The notes beneath the pieces were generated by a model. It had not been told where the DNA came from. It searched no databases and was given only the letters and a program-made list of their open reading frames with translations. 64,000 nucleotides of DNA from Oceanispirochaeta sp. (GTDB lineage: Bacteria; Spirochaetota; Spirochaetia; DSM-2461): the NCBI GenBank assembly GCA_963666275.2, contig CAXXOA010000002.1, forward strand, positions 1,024,001 through 1,088,000, written 5' to 3'. This document shows positions 10,052-21,716 of the stretch, one piece after another (position 1 is the first letter of the stretch; every line of letters begins with the position of its first letter). The position numbers and the translations under genes are program-made.

Positions 10052-11238
10052 GGGATGATCTCCATTTCCCGCCCGGTTTCTATGATCTTATCCAGAGCGA
10101 ACAGGACCTGTTCTTCCGAATGGGCTCCGGACATCTGAAAGCGGATCCTGGCTTCTCCCATGGGAACCACAGGATAGGAAAAGCTGATGGCATACACTCC
10201 CTTCTGCAGAAGGATTTCCGCCATCCTCCCTGCCAGGGCGGCATCGCCCAGCATCAGCGGAACAATGGGGTGCTCCCCCGGGGGAATGGTAAATCCGGCG
10301 TCCTTCAGGGTTCTCCGGAAGAGCCAGGTATGGGATATCAGGGTTTCCCTGAGTTCTTCCGACTGCCGGATTAGCCGTATGGCTTCTATGGCGGTGGCTG
10401 TGATCACCGGGGGAAGAGAGTTGGAAAAAAGGTAGGGCCGGGAACGCTGACGGAGCCAGCTGATGATCTCCCGGCGGCCGGAAGTATATCCCCCCGAAGC
10501 GCCGCCCAGAGCTTTTCCCAGGGTTCCTGTCAGGATATCCACCCGCTCTGTGACGCCCCGGTACTCGGGGGTCCCCCTGCCGGATTCGCCGATAAAGCCC
10601 ACCGCATGGGAGTCGTCCACCATCACCAGGGCATCGTATTGATCCGCCAGATCGCAGATTCCCTTCAGATCCGCTATGATCCCGTCCATGGAAAAGACGC
10701 CGTCCGTGGCGATCATCCGGAACCGGGCCTGCCGGGACTTCTTCAGCTGCTCCTCCAGGTCGGCCATATCATTATTGCGGTAGCGGTAGCGCTCGGCTTT
10801 GCAGAGACGGATCCCGTCAATGATGCTGGCATGGTTCAGGGCATCGCTGATGACGGCATCCTCCGGACCCAGTAGGGTTTCAAAGAGCCCCCCGTTGGCA
10901 TCAAAACAGGATGAGTAGAGAATGGTATCCTCCGTCCCCAGGAAGGAACTGATCTCCTTTTCCAGTTGTCTATGGATGGTCTGGGTACCGCAGATAAAGC
11001 GGACAGACGAAAGGCCGTAGCCGTAGTCCTTCAGGGATTGCCGGGCCTTTCTGACAAGATCGGGATGATTGGCCAGTCCCAGGTAGTTGTTGGCGCAGAA
11101 ATTGAGCACTTTGGCGCCGTTTTCAAGCTGCACCTCCGCCTGCTGGGCTGTGGTGATCACCCTTTCGGTTTTATAGAGCCCTTTTTCCCTGAGCTCTTCC
11201 AGTTCCCCTGTCAGATATTTCAGAAGTGATATGCTCAT
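10048..11238 (-). CDS. kbl: Glycine C-acetyltransferase (2-amino-3-ketobutyrate CoA ligase); start ATG 11238
   Basis: [53 protein letters not shown]; overlaps the tdh start. Confidence 0.97.
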   Translation of the reverse strand: MSISLLKYLTGELEELREKGLYKTERVITTAQQAEVQLENGAKVLNFCANNYLGLANHPDLVRKARQSLKDYGYGLSSVRFICGTQTIHRQLEKEISSFLGTEDTILYSSCFDANGGLFETLLGPEDAVISDALNHASIIDGIRLCKAERYRYRNNDMADLEEQLKKSRQARFRMIATDGVFSMDGIIADLKGICDLADQYDALVMVDDSHAVGFIGESGRGTPEYRGVTERVDILTGTLGKALGGASGGYTSGRREIISWLRQRSRPYLFSNSLPPVITATAIEAIRLIRQSEELRETLISHTWLFRRTLKDAGFTIPPGEHPIVPLMLGDAALAGRMAEILLQKGVYAISFSYPVVPMGEARIRFQMSGAHSEEQVLFALDKIIETGREMEIIP

Positions 11239-11336
11239 AGTGGGTCCCCCTCTACTGAAGATTATAAGTCTATTGGTAGGGGAACTCAAAAAGAGCTGAT
11301 GGGGAGGGAAGGATTCCTATAGCCTGTCCCGGAGAT

Positions 11337-11630
11337 TCAGCAGCAGCATCCGGAATCTCCGCCGCAATCGCAGCCTATCTCGTCCCTTCCCTTCAGGCGG
11401 GACTGAATGACCGCAGAAGCGCATCCCACCCCTTTCTCTATTCTGATTGCAGAAGCAGAACAGTTCATCATGCAGGCACCGCACTCCATACAGTTGTCTC
11501 TTTCCCTGAGGACAGCTCTGCCGTCGACAAGCTGAAACACTTCATGAGGGCAGACGGATACGCACATGCCGCATCCGGTGCACAGGTTTTTATCATATGC
11601 CAGTGTGGTAACGCCCTTAATATATTTCAT
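11337..11630 (-). CDS. hgcB: Mercury methylation ferredoxin HgcB (97 aa)
   Basis: MKYIKGVTTL...CTGCGMCVSVCP...CMECGACMMNC...GVGCASAVI...CDCGGDSGCCC: two 4Fe-4S motifs, C(M/I)ECGA signature and Cys-rich tail; ATGA overlap with the hgcA stop. Confidence 0.95.
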   Translation of the reverse strand: MKYIKGVTTLAYDKNLCTGCGMCVSVCPHEVFQLVDGRAVLRERDNCMECGACMMNCSASAIRIEKGVGCASAVIQSRLKGRDEIGCDCGGDSGCCC

Positions 11631-12619
11631 GATAGAATCCCTCCTGCTGTTATGAGAGCCAGACTGCCCGCACACCCTGCCAGAAGAAGGGGGATACTCA
11701 GTTTCATCTCTTTCCGGACCCCCGAGAGGGAGGTATAGGTACTGCTCCCGGTCAGGTTCAATACCTGATAGACGATCCAGCAGAGCAGAAGCAGGCTTTT
11801 TCCGGCGGAATACATATTTCCGGCTGCGGGGGATCCGGGATTTCCCATAAACTGCAGTGCCAGTACATACAGGATTCCCAGGAAAAGACCCTTCAGGGAG
11901 AAGGCCCGTCCCGGGAGCAGAGGCAGAAGGGCTCCTGCCAGGAGGGATCCTGTAAATCCTGCACCCAGGGAGAGGACTGTGTTTTCGCCTATCTGCCGGG
12001 CAAGGGCACCGGATCCCATGAATAGAGCATCTGTGAATGAGAAGAGAACTGTCAGGATGGCTGCATGAGGCAGGGACTGTACAAAATGCGTCAGTGAGAC
12101 GGCAAGCCTTTCTGGCAGGGGGAATTCCTTCCGTCTCATTGAGGCATCCGCCTGCATGCCCTTTTCCAGATACCGGGGAAGATCCCTGGCTTCGACGGGG
12201 CCGTAGTAAACGGTAAACCCGGTCTCTCTCTTTACCTGTCCCGGTGTTATGCCGGGGGCGCCCAGCTGAGGGAGTATCAGTTTTCTGTGATCCACAAGAT
12301 CTGCCAGCCCGACGCGGGATATTCTTTTTATAAGTTCCTCTGTCCCGAATGTCCCTTTCCCGGCGGCACACCAGACATTGATGCCGTCCGTATCCAGAAC
12401 CAGAATCCATCCGTCGATACCGCAGAGGTTTTTCCGCAGATGGTCCAGAGTCAGCTTATAGTTGGCAGTGACAAAAACAGGGCTTTTCCTGTCAGGAGAT
12501 CCAATCCTGTAGATACCGGGATTGACTCTGTACCGGGTTCTCCCTATCCCCGAACGAACCATGAGAGCTCCCATATAGTCCCTGAAGGTCCACCGGGATT
12601 CCAGTCCTGGAATGAGCAT
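11627..12619 (-). CDS. hgcA: Mercury methylation corrinoid protein HgcA
   Basis: Cap-helix motif GINVWCAAGKGTF, TANYKLT, LPQLGAPG, GPVEARDLP, and a C-terminal multi-TM domain with NLTGSSTYTSLSGVRKEM; followed by hgcB. ATG 12619 overlaps the marR stop (alternative GTG 12625). Confidence 0.96.
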   Translation of the reverse strand: MLIPGLESRWTFRDYMGALMVRSGIGRTRYRVNPGIYRIGSPDRKSPVFVTANYKLTLDHLRKNLCGIDGWILVLDTDGINVWCAAGKGTFGTEELIKRISRVGLADLVDHRKLILPQLGAPGITPGQVKRETGFTVYYGPVEARDLPRYLEKGMQADASMRRKEFPLPERLAVSLTHFVQSLPHAAILTVLFSFTDALFMGSGALARQIGENTVLSLGAGFTGSLLAGALLPLLPGRAFSLKGLFLGILYVLALQFMGNPGSPAAGNMYSAGKSLLLLCWIVYQVLNLTGSSTYTSLSGVRKEMKLSIPLLLAGCAGSLALITAGGILS

Positions 12620-13092
12620 CAGCACTCCCTTTCTCCTTCGTCGCAGCAGGCTCCGGCCTGGTTGATGGTCGTGAACAGGGTATTCAGGTAGGCCATGGAT
12701 TCAAGAGCTCTCTTCATGGCCGGCTCATTCAGATCCGATAGAATCCGGGAGTATTTCCCATTCATTTCGGCATTGATATCCCGGGTTTTCAGAAGGCCTT
12801 TTTCGGTCAGAGAAATATTTTTCTGTCTTCTGTCATCGGGATTTTCACTCCTTTTGAGATACCCGTCCCTGACCATTCTGTCGACGGTTCTGCTCAAAAT
12901 GCTTTTGTCCATTCCCAGTGTTTCGGTCAGTTCGGAGACTGCAGCGGTACCGCAGCTGTCAAGTTCCATAAGGATATGGCATTCATTCAGCTTTATACCG
13001 CAGCATTCCACGTCGTTTCTGATGCTGCCGCTGAGCAGGCGCTCCATTTTTCTCATGGACTGCCTGAAATCCATTATAAATGTCTCATTCAT
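12619..13092 (-). CDS. Cysteine-rich MarR-family regulator (start ATG 13092)
   Basis: LGMDKSILSRTVDRMVRDGYLKR...DDRRQKNISLTEKG winged-helix pattern; Cys clusters ECCG, ECH and C-terminal ACC...EC. Confidence 0.9.
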   Translation of the reverse strand: MNETFIMDFRQSMRKMERLLSGSIRNDVECCGIKLNECHILMELDSCGTAAVSELTETLGMDKSILSRTVDRMVRDGYLKRSENPDDRRQKNISLTEKGLLKTRDINAEMNGKYSRILSDLNEPAMKRALESMAYLNTLFTTINQAGACCDEGEREC

Positions 13093-13119
13093 GGGAATAT
13101 TATTAGTATGGGTTGTTTG

Positions 13120-13156
13120 AAAAGTCAATAGTTGATTTATGAAACTATTGACTTTT
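13120..13156. promoter_or_regulatory. 14-bp perfect inverted repeat upstream of marR-hgcAB (operator, possibly also bgl terminator)
   Basis: AAAAGTCAATAGTT-gatttatga-AACTATTGACTTTT; the proximal arm contains a TTGACT -35-like hexamer on the minus strand. Confidence 0.65.
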
Positions 13157-13191
13157 TATATAGTCTGGGAGGTCTGGTTTCCGCTTCAGTT

Positions 13192-14538
13192 CTAAAGGAC
13201 CCTGTTGGTCGCCATGACCCGGCTGTAATACTTTCCCGACTCTTTGACTGTCCGTTTCTGAGTCTCATAATCCACCCTGACAATTCCGAACCGTTTGGCA
13301 TAGCCGAAGGACCACTCGAAGTTATCCATCAGGGACCAGACATAGTAGCCCTTCAGATTGACACCCTCCGAGACAGCCCTGTGAAGAGATTTCAGATGAG
13401 ACCTCAGATAGCTGATGCGGTCTATGTCCTGAATCGTGCCGTCCTCCTCCACCTTATCGTCCGCAGCCATGCCGTTTTCGGTAATATAGATGGGAAGGTC
13501 ACCGAAATACTCTTTTGTGAAGTTCAGGGACCAGTAGATCGCTTCGGGGGTGATGTCCCATCCCATATCGGTTTTCGGATGGCCCGGGGGAAGTTTCACA
13601 TCGCTGAACCCGTTGGGATTCTCAGCCGGTCTGACGGGGGGACAGGTATAGTAGTTGTATCCTATATAGTCCATGGGAGCGGAGATGACAGCCATTTCCT
13701 CTTCCGTGTACTCCGGCAGGGCTCCGAAATTCCTTCTGTATTCCTCCTCTTCGTACTTACCTGTCATCAGAGGGAACAGCCGCTGCAGATTCTTTATCTT
13801 CCAGGCTTTTCTGGCCGCCTCCCGGTAGGGTTCCTCCGCAAGAAGAGGCCAGGGGGCTTCCAGGTTTTCCACAAGGCCCGCATAGGCACCGGGAACATTC
13901 TGCCGGATCTTCTGCAGGGCCAAACCGTGACCCAGCAGGGCGTTGTGGATCGTCTGGTTTACCACCTGCTCGCTTTCAATTCCTCCCGGCGCATGCTGAC
14001 CGATTTTATGGGCCAGGATGGTAAAGCACATGATCTCATTGATGGTGGCCCATTTCTTTACCCTGTCGCCCAGCGCCCGGGTCACCACATCTGTGTAGTC
14101 CGCAAAGAGCCGGCTCACTTCTTTGCTCTTCCAACCGCCGTAGCGGTCCTGCAGAGTCTGGGGGAGGTCCCAATGAAAAAGGGTTATCAGCGGCTCTATA
14201 TCCGCTGCCAGCAGATCATCCACCAGGCGGGAGTAGAAATCCAGTCCTTTCTGATTGACCTGTCCCTCTCCTTCGGGGAGTATCCGGGGCCAGGCGATCG
14301 AGAAGCGGTAGTGTTTCAGCCCCAGCTCCTTCATGAGAGCGATATCCTCTCCGGTCCTGTGGTAGTGATCGCAGGCCACATCTCCCGTATGCCCTCCGTA
14401 GACTTTTCCAGGCTGCCGGGAAAAGGTATCCCATGTGGAGAGGCCCCTTCCGTCCTCGTTGTAGGCCCCTTCTATCTGATAGGAAGCCGTGGCGGCTCCC
14501 CAGGTAAAATCATCAGGAAAACGGTATGTCTGTTCCAT
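13192..14538 (-). CDS. GH1 beta-glucosidase
   Basis: FTWGAATASYQIEG, YRFSIAWPRI, TLFHWDLP, acid/base TINE, nucleophile YITENG, WSLMDNFEW. Confidence 0.96.
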   Translation of the reverse strand: MEQTYRFPDDFTWGAATASYQIEGAYNEDGRGLSTWDTFSRQPGKVYGGHTGDVACDHYHRTGEDIALMKELGLKHYRFSIAWPRILPEGEGQVNQKGLDFYSRLVDDLLAADIEPLITLFHWDLPQTLQDRYGGWKSKEVSRLFADYTDVVTRALGDRVKKWATINEIMCFTILAHKIGQHAPGGIESEQVVNQTIHNALLGHGLALQKIRQNVPGAYAGLVENLEAPWPLLAEEPYREAARKAWKIKNLQRLFPLMTGKYEEEEYRRNFGALPEYTEEEMAVISAPMDYIGYNYYTCPPVRPAENPNGFSDVKLPPGHPKTDMGWDITPEAIYWSLNFTKEYFGDLPIYITENGMAADDKVEEDGTIQDIDRISYLRSHLKSLHRAVSEGVNLKGYYVWSLMDNFEWSFGYAKRFGIVRVDYETQKRTVKESGKYYSRVMATNRVL

Positions 14539-14650
14539 TTTCGTTCCTCCCTGTCTCTTCTATTCTATTTAACTATAATTTATTTGACGTTCTCTTGAAA
14601 ATTAATGATTTTTTATTGTTATTATTTGATTTTTTATCCATCCTGTCCGT

Positions 14651-15496
14651 ATGGGAAACGTTCAGACCATCACTCTGCCGGATATCCGGCCCTACCGTTT
14701 TTTTCTCAACAGAATCCATACGCATAAAACCTGGTCTTTTCCCAGGCACCGGCATCATGATGTTTTTGAATTCTACTTTGTCTTTGAAGGAATACTCAAG
14801 CAGGTTTTTGATTCGGAAGAGATACTGATGGAGCCGGGAGACTTTCTGGCCATTGGAGAAGAGGAGTATCATAGTCTCAACGGAAGGGTTTTCGGATTCT
14901 ATAATCTCATACTTCCCGTGGAGGACTGGAAGGAATTCTTAAAACTCCCGGAAATCGGTCAAGCCTTCTCCGCTCTCAGGGGTTCCGGGAGGTTTCATAC
15001 CAACGTGCCCTCGGGAAAAAGAGCCCGCATCAGGAATCTTCTGGATGAACTGTTCCTCTATCAGAAAAAACCCTACGGAGATCTGCTGCTCCAGAAATTC
15101 CTCATTACCCTGATTGCGGATCTATCAGAACCGAAAGAACCCCATCCTGAAGCCTCTCTTCCCCCCTGGCTTCAAACCGTGATCGAGCTTTCAATGACCC
15201 GGCTGAGTGAGGGAATCACCCCCCTGGAAATGGCAGAGCTCTGCCAGAGGTCTCCCGAACACCTGGCCAGGAGTTTCAGAAAATATATGGGAACCACTCC
15301 CTCATCCTGGCTGAATGAACAGAAGCTGAAACAGGCCTGTCTGCTGCTGGAGCACTCCAATACCCCCGTCCTGGACATCGCTCTCTCCCTGGGTTACGGG
15401 AATCTGAATTATTTTTACAGACTTTTCAAAGAGAGGTTCGGTCTGCCCCCCGGAGAATTCCGCAGGAAACAGTCCATATTGTCCAATTTCAATTGA
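14651..15496 (+). CDS. AraC-family regulator with N-terminal cupin (ChbR/CelD-like)
   Basis: HRHHDVFEFYFVFEG cupin; SPEHLARSFRKY and IALSLGYGNLNYFYRLFK HTHs; divergent from the GH1 gene. Confidence 0.9.
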   Translation: MGNVQTITLPDIRPYRFFLNRIHTHKTWSFPRHRHHDVFEFYFVFEGILKQVFDSEEILMEPGDFLAIGEEEYHSLNGRVFGFYNLILPVEDWKEFLKLPEIGQAFSALRGSGRFHTNVPSGKRARIRNLLDELFLYQKKPYGDLLLQKFLITLIADLSEPKEPHPEASLPPWLQTVIELSMTRLSEGITPLEMAELCQRSPEHLARSFRKYMGTTPSSWLNEQKLKQACLLLEHSNTPVLDIALSLGYGNLNYFYRLFKERFGLPPGEFRRKQSILSNFN

Positions 15497-15647
15497 ATCG
15501 GCTCAGCCCTTTTTAATTACGCTAATTATCTCATTTTGTTTTGCATCCGGAAAATACAGGGGTTAAAATTCAAGGTACCTGCCGTATCCTGATCCCGCCG
15601 GGATACTACCTGCATACACATACGGGCAAACGCATTTACAAAGGAGT

Positions 15648-17369
15648 ATGGACATGAAATCCAGACAAGCCGTAACCGGGTTTGTTCTTGCTCTGCTGTT
15701 TCTCAGCCTGTCCCTGTCAGCTCAGAATCTTATATTCTCCGTCGCAGATTTTTCCGTGGAATCCGATAACAGCCTATACAGGTATATCGGAAAGGGGATT
15801 TCCACACTGATCGCCGGGGAGCTCCGGCAGTCCGAATCTGTGACCATTCTGGAACGGCAGGAGATGAATAAAATCATTGAAGAGCAGAAACTCTCTCTGT
15901 CCGGGTTTATGGATGAATCCAGTCAGCTGGAACTGGGGATGCTGCTGTCGGCGGATTACATTGTCTTCGGAGAAATCATTGATATGGCAACGGCCTTTCT
16001 GGTCAGCGTCCGGATGGCTGATGTGGAAACAGGCGAGGTCGTCTGGGAGGATAGTCTGACCGAATCTCTGGACCGGTACGACTATATCGGAGCCTATTTC
16101 GCCCGGTCGATTCTGACGGAGCTTGATCTTGAGATAGAGGAGGAAACCCTTGTTAAGGTCGACAGCAGAGAAAGCAAGCGGGAGGAGGCTGTTATCGCCC
16201 TTTCTTCCGGTATCGATGCCTATGACAGGGGCGATGAAGAGAGAGCCCGGGAAGAACTTAAAACTGTCACAACACTGGATCCGATGAACAATACGGCCCG
16301 GTTCTATCTCTCAAAACTGCAGGCTCTTTCTCCGAAATTCCGTGTTGAGAATGCTCCTTACATAACAGCCTATGGGGCGGCATCCCTGGGTTTTATGACC
16401 CAGGGGAGCCTTTATTTCTGGACGGGGATTACTTTACCCCCTCCGGGAGTGGAAACCACTGATTCCGGTGCTCAGGTCGTGGGAGACTATTCGGCGAAAG
16501 AGTCTGAGAATACTACATTCTGGGGTATCCGGATTCCGCTGGGGGAAAAGAGCGGACTGGATGCCGGGATTTTCTCACCCTCCGGGGATACCCAGGCCTA
16601 TTATGAAGGCGGTATCGATGGTGATATGTCTGAGGGTTCCGAATCTCAGGCTATATTCGAATATGACGGTGAAATGGTCGACGGCCTGAAAAATTATATT
16701 AACGGCATCGGTATTTTTACCGGTTACGGGACAAAACTGAATAACCGGATAGGCCTAGGGGCAGCCATCATGGCCTGGTATAGAATAAACGGGGAGGAAC
16801 CCGGACGCAGCGATACCTATGGGGAACGGGGCGGTGATCTGGTTCACGAGGGACTTTTTTTCAGTTTTTTTCCCGGTATTTTCGTTCAGGGTCCGAGAGA
16901 ACAGTTTACCTGGGACTTCAATGTGGGAATAACAAACAGTAAATCCTACTATATCGATTATGAAGAGTTTGAAATTGTGTTAGGTCAGCAGCCTGTTGTC
17001 ATTGATACATCCTTTACCTATGGGCTACTGGACCAGCAGCTTTTTCTGGGGCTTAAAGGGATTTCGGATATTTTTACCGATGACAGGGGTGGTTACAACC
17101 TCAGAATCATTCCTATGGTGGAATACTGGCTGTTTCCGTTTTTTTCGCTTCGGGGCGGATACGAGTACAGTCAGCTCAGTCAGTTTGATGAGTTCTCAAT
17201 CGGTAACGGGGGTGTCGGCGGCTTTACGCTGAAAGCCGGCCGGTTCGACATAAATGCCAATCTTACCTACCGGCAGAAGCCGGCCACTCTGCTGCCGGGA
17301 ACGACTGTGGCAAATATGAAGCTGCTGATCGGGGTCGAGTACAAGCCTTATTTCCTATCAAGGATATAA
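15648..17369 (+). CDS. Exported protein: CsgG/HfaB-like domain, TPR-like linker, probable C-terminal beta-barrel
   Basis: Signal peptide (..SLSAQ); ILERQEMNKIIEEQKLSLSG...LGMLLSADYIVFG CsgG-like pattern; alternating aromatic/Gly strands in the C-terminal half. Confidence 0.6.
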   Translation: MDMKSRQAVTGFVLALLFLSLSLSAQNLIFSVADFSVESDNSLYRYIGKGISTLIAGELRQSESVTILERQEMNKIIEEQKLSLSGFMDESSQLELGMLLSADYIVFGEIIDMATAFLVSVRMADVETGEVVWEDSLTESLDRYDYIGAYFARSILTELDLEIEEETLVKVDSRESKREEAVIALSSGIDAYDRGDEERAREELKTVTTLDPMNNTARFYLSKLQALSPKFRVENAPYITAYGAASLGFMTQGSLYFWTGITLPPPGVETTDSGAQVVGDYSAKESENTTFWGIRIPLGEKSGLDAGIFSPSGDTQAYYEGGIDGDMSEGSESQAIFEYDGEMVDGLKNYINGIGIFTGYGTKLNNRIGLGAAIMAWYRINGEEPGRSDTYGERGGDLVHEGLFFSFFPGIFVQGPREQFTWDFNVGITNSKSYYIDYEEFEIVLGQQPVVIDTSFTYGLLDQQLFLGLKGISDIFTDDRGGYNLRIIPMVEYWLFPFFSLRGGYEYSQLSQFDEFSIGNGGVGGFTLKAGRFDINANLTYRQKPATLLPGTTVANMKLLIGVEYKPYFLSRI

Positions 17370-17418
17370 GTTTGTCTGTTTATTGCAATCGGGTGCAGGG
17401 AAAACCTGTCCTTTTTTC

Positions 17419-18579
17419 CTACTCTTCCCTGTGAAGGCCCTGATAGATATCGGTCCGCCAGACACTGTAATCCAGCTCCCAGGTCCAGTCGCTGCGGCAG
17501 TCCAGGTCTATTTCCAGACGGACTTTGCCTATGAGTTCTTCAAAATCCTCATCCTTACCCCTCTCACAGGCATATTCAAAGGAGTGTTCTTCACCGTTAT
17601 AGCTGAACAATACTTTGGCAGCTGCCTGATCCTGGCTGATCATCTCCCACTGGATGGACAGCTCCATATCGACCCGGTTCCCCTGTCTGTCCTGGAAGGA
17701 AGCTGATTCGGTGACCTCTTTCAGGGTTTCCCCCTCCTGGATCTTCAGTTCCAGATCATCCCGGATCTGCTGCTGCAGTTCATAGAGGGTCTCGTTGAAG
17801 TGACGTGTTTTATCCTGAAGGATCAGTTTTTCCCCCGGAAGAAGTTCAAAATCCTCCTGCCAGTCCGAAAAGGTGACTTCCGGCAGTTTCACCACACCGA
17901 AATTCTGGGTCAGATGCAGCCTGATGGTATGTTTTCCAGGGGCAACTTCCAGCGTGAGCGGTATGGTTCTGTCTCCTGTGGTATACCCCACGAACTCTTC
18001 GTCAATATAGACCCGGGCATCAATGATATAGGAGTAAAGGGAGATCTGACCCGGTTCCTGCTGTTTCATGGCCAGAATACTCCGGTCTCCCCGGGGATTC
18101 TGGAACGCCAGTTCCCGTCCGGTCATATATTCCACAAGTTTTTCCGCCAGAGCATGGACTGTGTTTTCTCTGTATCCCCGCTGGGAAAAAGTCCGGGTCT
18201 TTCCGGTTTCCACCTCTATCAGATCTATGTTGATAAAAATATCCTGGCCCAGAAAGACATAGCTTCCGCCCAGAATAAAGGAGGCCCCCAGGAGTCGGCC
18301 CGCTTCCAGGGCATTCTCTTCATCCATCAGGCCGGTGTACTGGAGTTTCTGCTCCTCCAGGACATCTTCCAGGTTGTCCCTGTCGACAATCTGCACAGTG
18401 CCGGATCCTGAAAGGTCTTCCTCAAGCAGGGATCTGATGATCCCCTGCAGATAGTTTTGATCCTGCTCATTGTTCATGTTCTCAAAGGGGAGAAGGGCAA
18501 TAGAGGGCAGGTCGGTCTGGGCAAACGCCGTGAGCGGGAGAACCAGGAGGAGCATCATAAGGGCGGTAAACTTTTTCAT
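17419..18579 (-). CDS. Exported protein: CsgG/HfaB-like domain plus PEGA-like domain
   Basis: Signal peptide (..TAFAQ); IVDRDNLEDVLEEQKLQYTG...AGRLLGASFILGG; DARVYIDEEFVGYT...VAPGKHTIRL PEGA-like segment. Confidence 0.65.
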   Translation of the reverse strand: MKKFTALMMLLLVLPLTAFAQTDLPSIALLPFENMNNEQDQNYLQGIIRSLLEEDLSGSGTVQIVDRDNLEDVLEEQKLQYTGLMDEENALEAGRLLGASFILGGSYVFLGQDIFINIDLIEVETGKTRTFSQRGYRENTVHALAEKLVEYMTGRELAFQNPRGDRSILAMKQQEPGQISLYSYIIDARVYIDEEFVGYTTGDRTIPLTLEVAPGKHTIRLHLTQNFGVVKLPEVTFSDWQEDFELLPGEKLILQDKTRHFNETLYELQQQIRDDLELKIQEGETLKEVTESASFQDRQGNRVDMELSIQWEMISQDQAAAKVLFSYNGEEHSFEYACERGKDEDFEELIGKVRLEIDLDCRSDWTWELDYSVWRTDIYQGLHREE

Positions 18580-18714
18580 AGAGAGTATTATAGGAGGTTT
18601 TCTCCTTTTTGTCTAAACAGCTGATTTTTTTAAGCCAGGGGAAAACCCGCTTTCCGGTCCATTATTCCATAAAAGTGATTGGCTAATCATAGCCGGTGAT
18701 ATTACAATTCTTCT

Positions 18715-20040
18715 GTGATATCACTCAATCAGAATGACGAAGCCATCTCTCTCATGTTCCTGATCCAGTGGATAGGGATCGCCGTTCTGGCGGGATTCGT
18801 GGGAAATCTCTGTGTACTCGGGCTCTACAGGTCAGTTCTGTGGCTCAACTCTCTTCTTATGGCTCAGGATCTCCCTCTTTTTTTCTGGCCCGCCCTGGGA
18901 GCCCTCCCGGTGGGGCTTCTTGTCTACAGGCATGTTCCCGGAGCCATGGGGGAGGGGATCCCCTCCTATCTGGAGAGTGTCAGGTATGGCAACGGGGCTC
19001 TTCCCCTCAGGGAGACCGTCTGTAAGTTTTTTGCCGCCTTCCTCTCGCTGGGAACCTTCGGCAGCGGCGGAGCTCTGGGGCCGGCGGGGAGAATGAGCGC
19101 CGGAATCATGTCGACCATCGGTCAGTTCCTGACCCGGTACTGGCTGCCTCCCACGCTGATGCAGATCTTTCCCATCTGCGGTATGGCGGCCTCTGTGGGG
19201 GCCATGATCCACAGCCCTATCGGCGGCGGGCTCTTTGCTGTAGAGATTATTCTGAAGACCAATATGCGCTACAGGCAGATCTTTCCCGCTATCCTGGCCA
19301 GTACGACAAGTGTTTTCGTGGCCCGGCATCTCGGGCTGGAGCCTATCATTCAGTTTCCCCTGATTCACGGTGTAATGGATGTGGGTATTATTTTTATCCT
19401 TCTGCTAGTGACTTTTACAGCGGGGTTTCTGGGGAAACTTTTTATCCTTTCCTATTCAAAGATATCCCTTCTGTTTCAGAGAAACCATAATATCCCCGGA
19501 AGAAAACGAACCCTGTTTATGGTGACCGGAGCCTTAGTAGCCTCTATTGTCTACTTTATCAATCCCGATCTTATGGGCATGAGCTCTCCCGTGTTCAGAG
19601 CGGTCCTTTCCGGTGCCAGGGAGCCCCTTTATGGTGCTCTTCCCCATTCGGTAGACATCATGAAAATACTGCTTGTCATGTTTGTACTGAAGGGAATGGC
19701 CAATATATTTACTGTGGGTTCCGGGTTCAGCGCGGGATTTGCCGGCCCTGCCATTCTGATGGGGCTGATTCTGGGAGCCGCTTTTGCCGAGATTTTCAGC
19801 ATACCCTTCGGATCGGTAGAGTACTTTGCTCTCCTGGCCGCCGGTTTCGCCGGCTACTTTTCAAGCATCATGAACACTCCCATTGCCGCCGCGGTGATGA
19901 CCATAGAGGTTTTCGGAATGAACTACAGCCTTCCCGCCGGGATGGCCGCGGTCATCGGTTTCCTTGTCAATCAGGAGCATACCCTCTACGACCTGGTTCT
20001 GGAGGAGAGGGAGGAAAAGCGCTTTGAAGAGACTCCGGAA

Positions 20041-20046
<6 letters not shown>
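18715..20046 (+). CDS. CLC-family anion channel/transporter with atypical signature motifs
   Basis: Multi-TM; CGMAASVGAMIHSPIGGGLFAVE and NTPIAAAVMTIE CLC repeats; signature motifs read GEGIP, GALGP, GFAGP. Confidence 0.85.

Positions 20047-21716
<1,670 letters not shown>

Noticed and set aside
11337..12410. 357-aa ORF that looks like a long ferredoxin or HgcAB fusion
   Set aside because: The first 260 aa are an alternative frame of hgcA; the real hgcB starts at ATG 11630, overlapping the hgcA stop.
11627..12619. HgcA as an acetyl-CoA synthase corrinoid subunit (CdhE/AcsC)
   Set aside because: It has the Cys cap helix, a TM C-terminus and adjacent hgcB, and no Wood-Ljungdahl genes are nearby.
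13132..14598. Long antisense ORFs (also 138..950, 20739..21698, 29286..30212, 47099..48211, 49348..50472)
   Set aside because: Shadow frames of well-conserved genes on the opposite strand, with no recognisable motifs.
15580..15680. c-di-GMP-I riboswitch suggested by GGGCAAAC and local hairpins
   Set aside because: The GNRA-capped P2 and GACGCAAA elements are missing and the region runs into the RBS and start codon.
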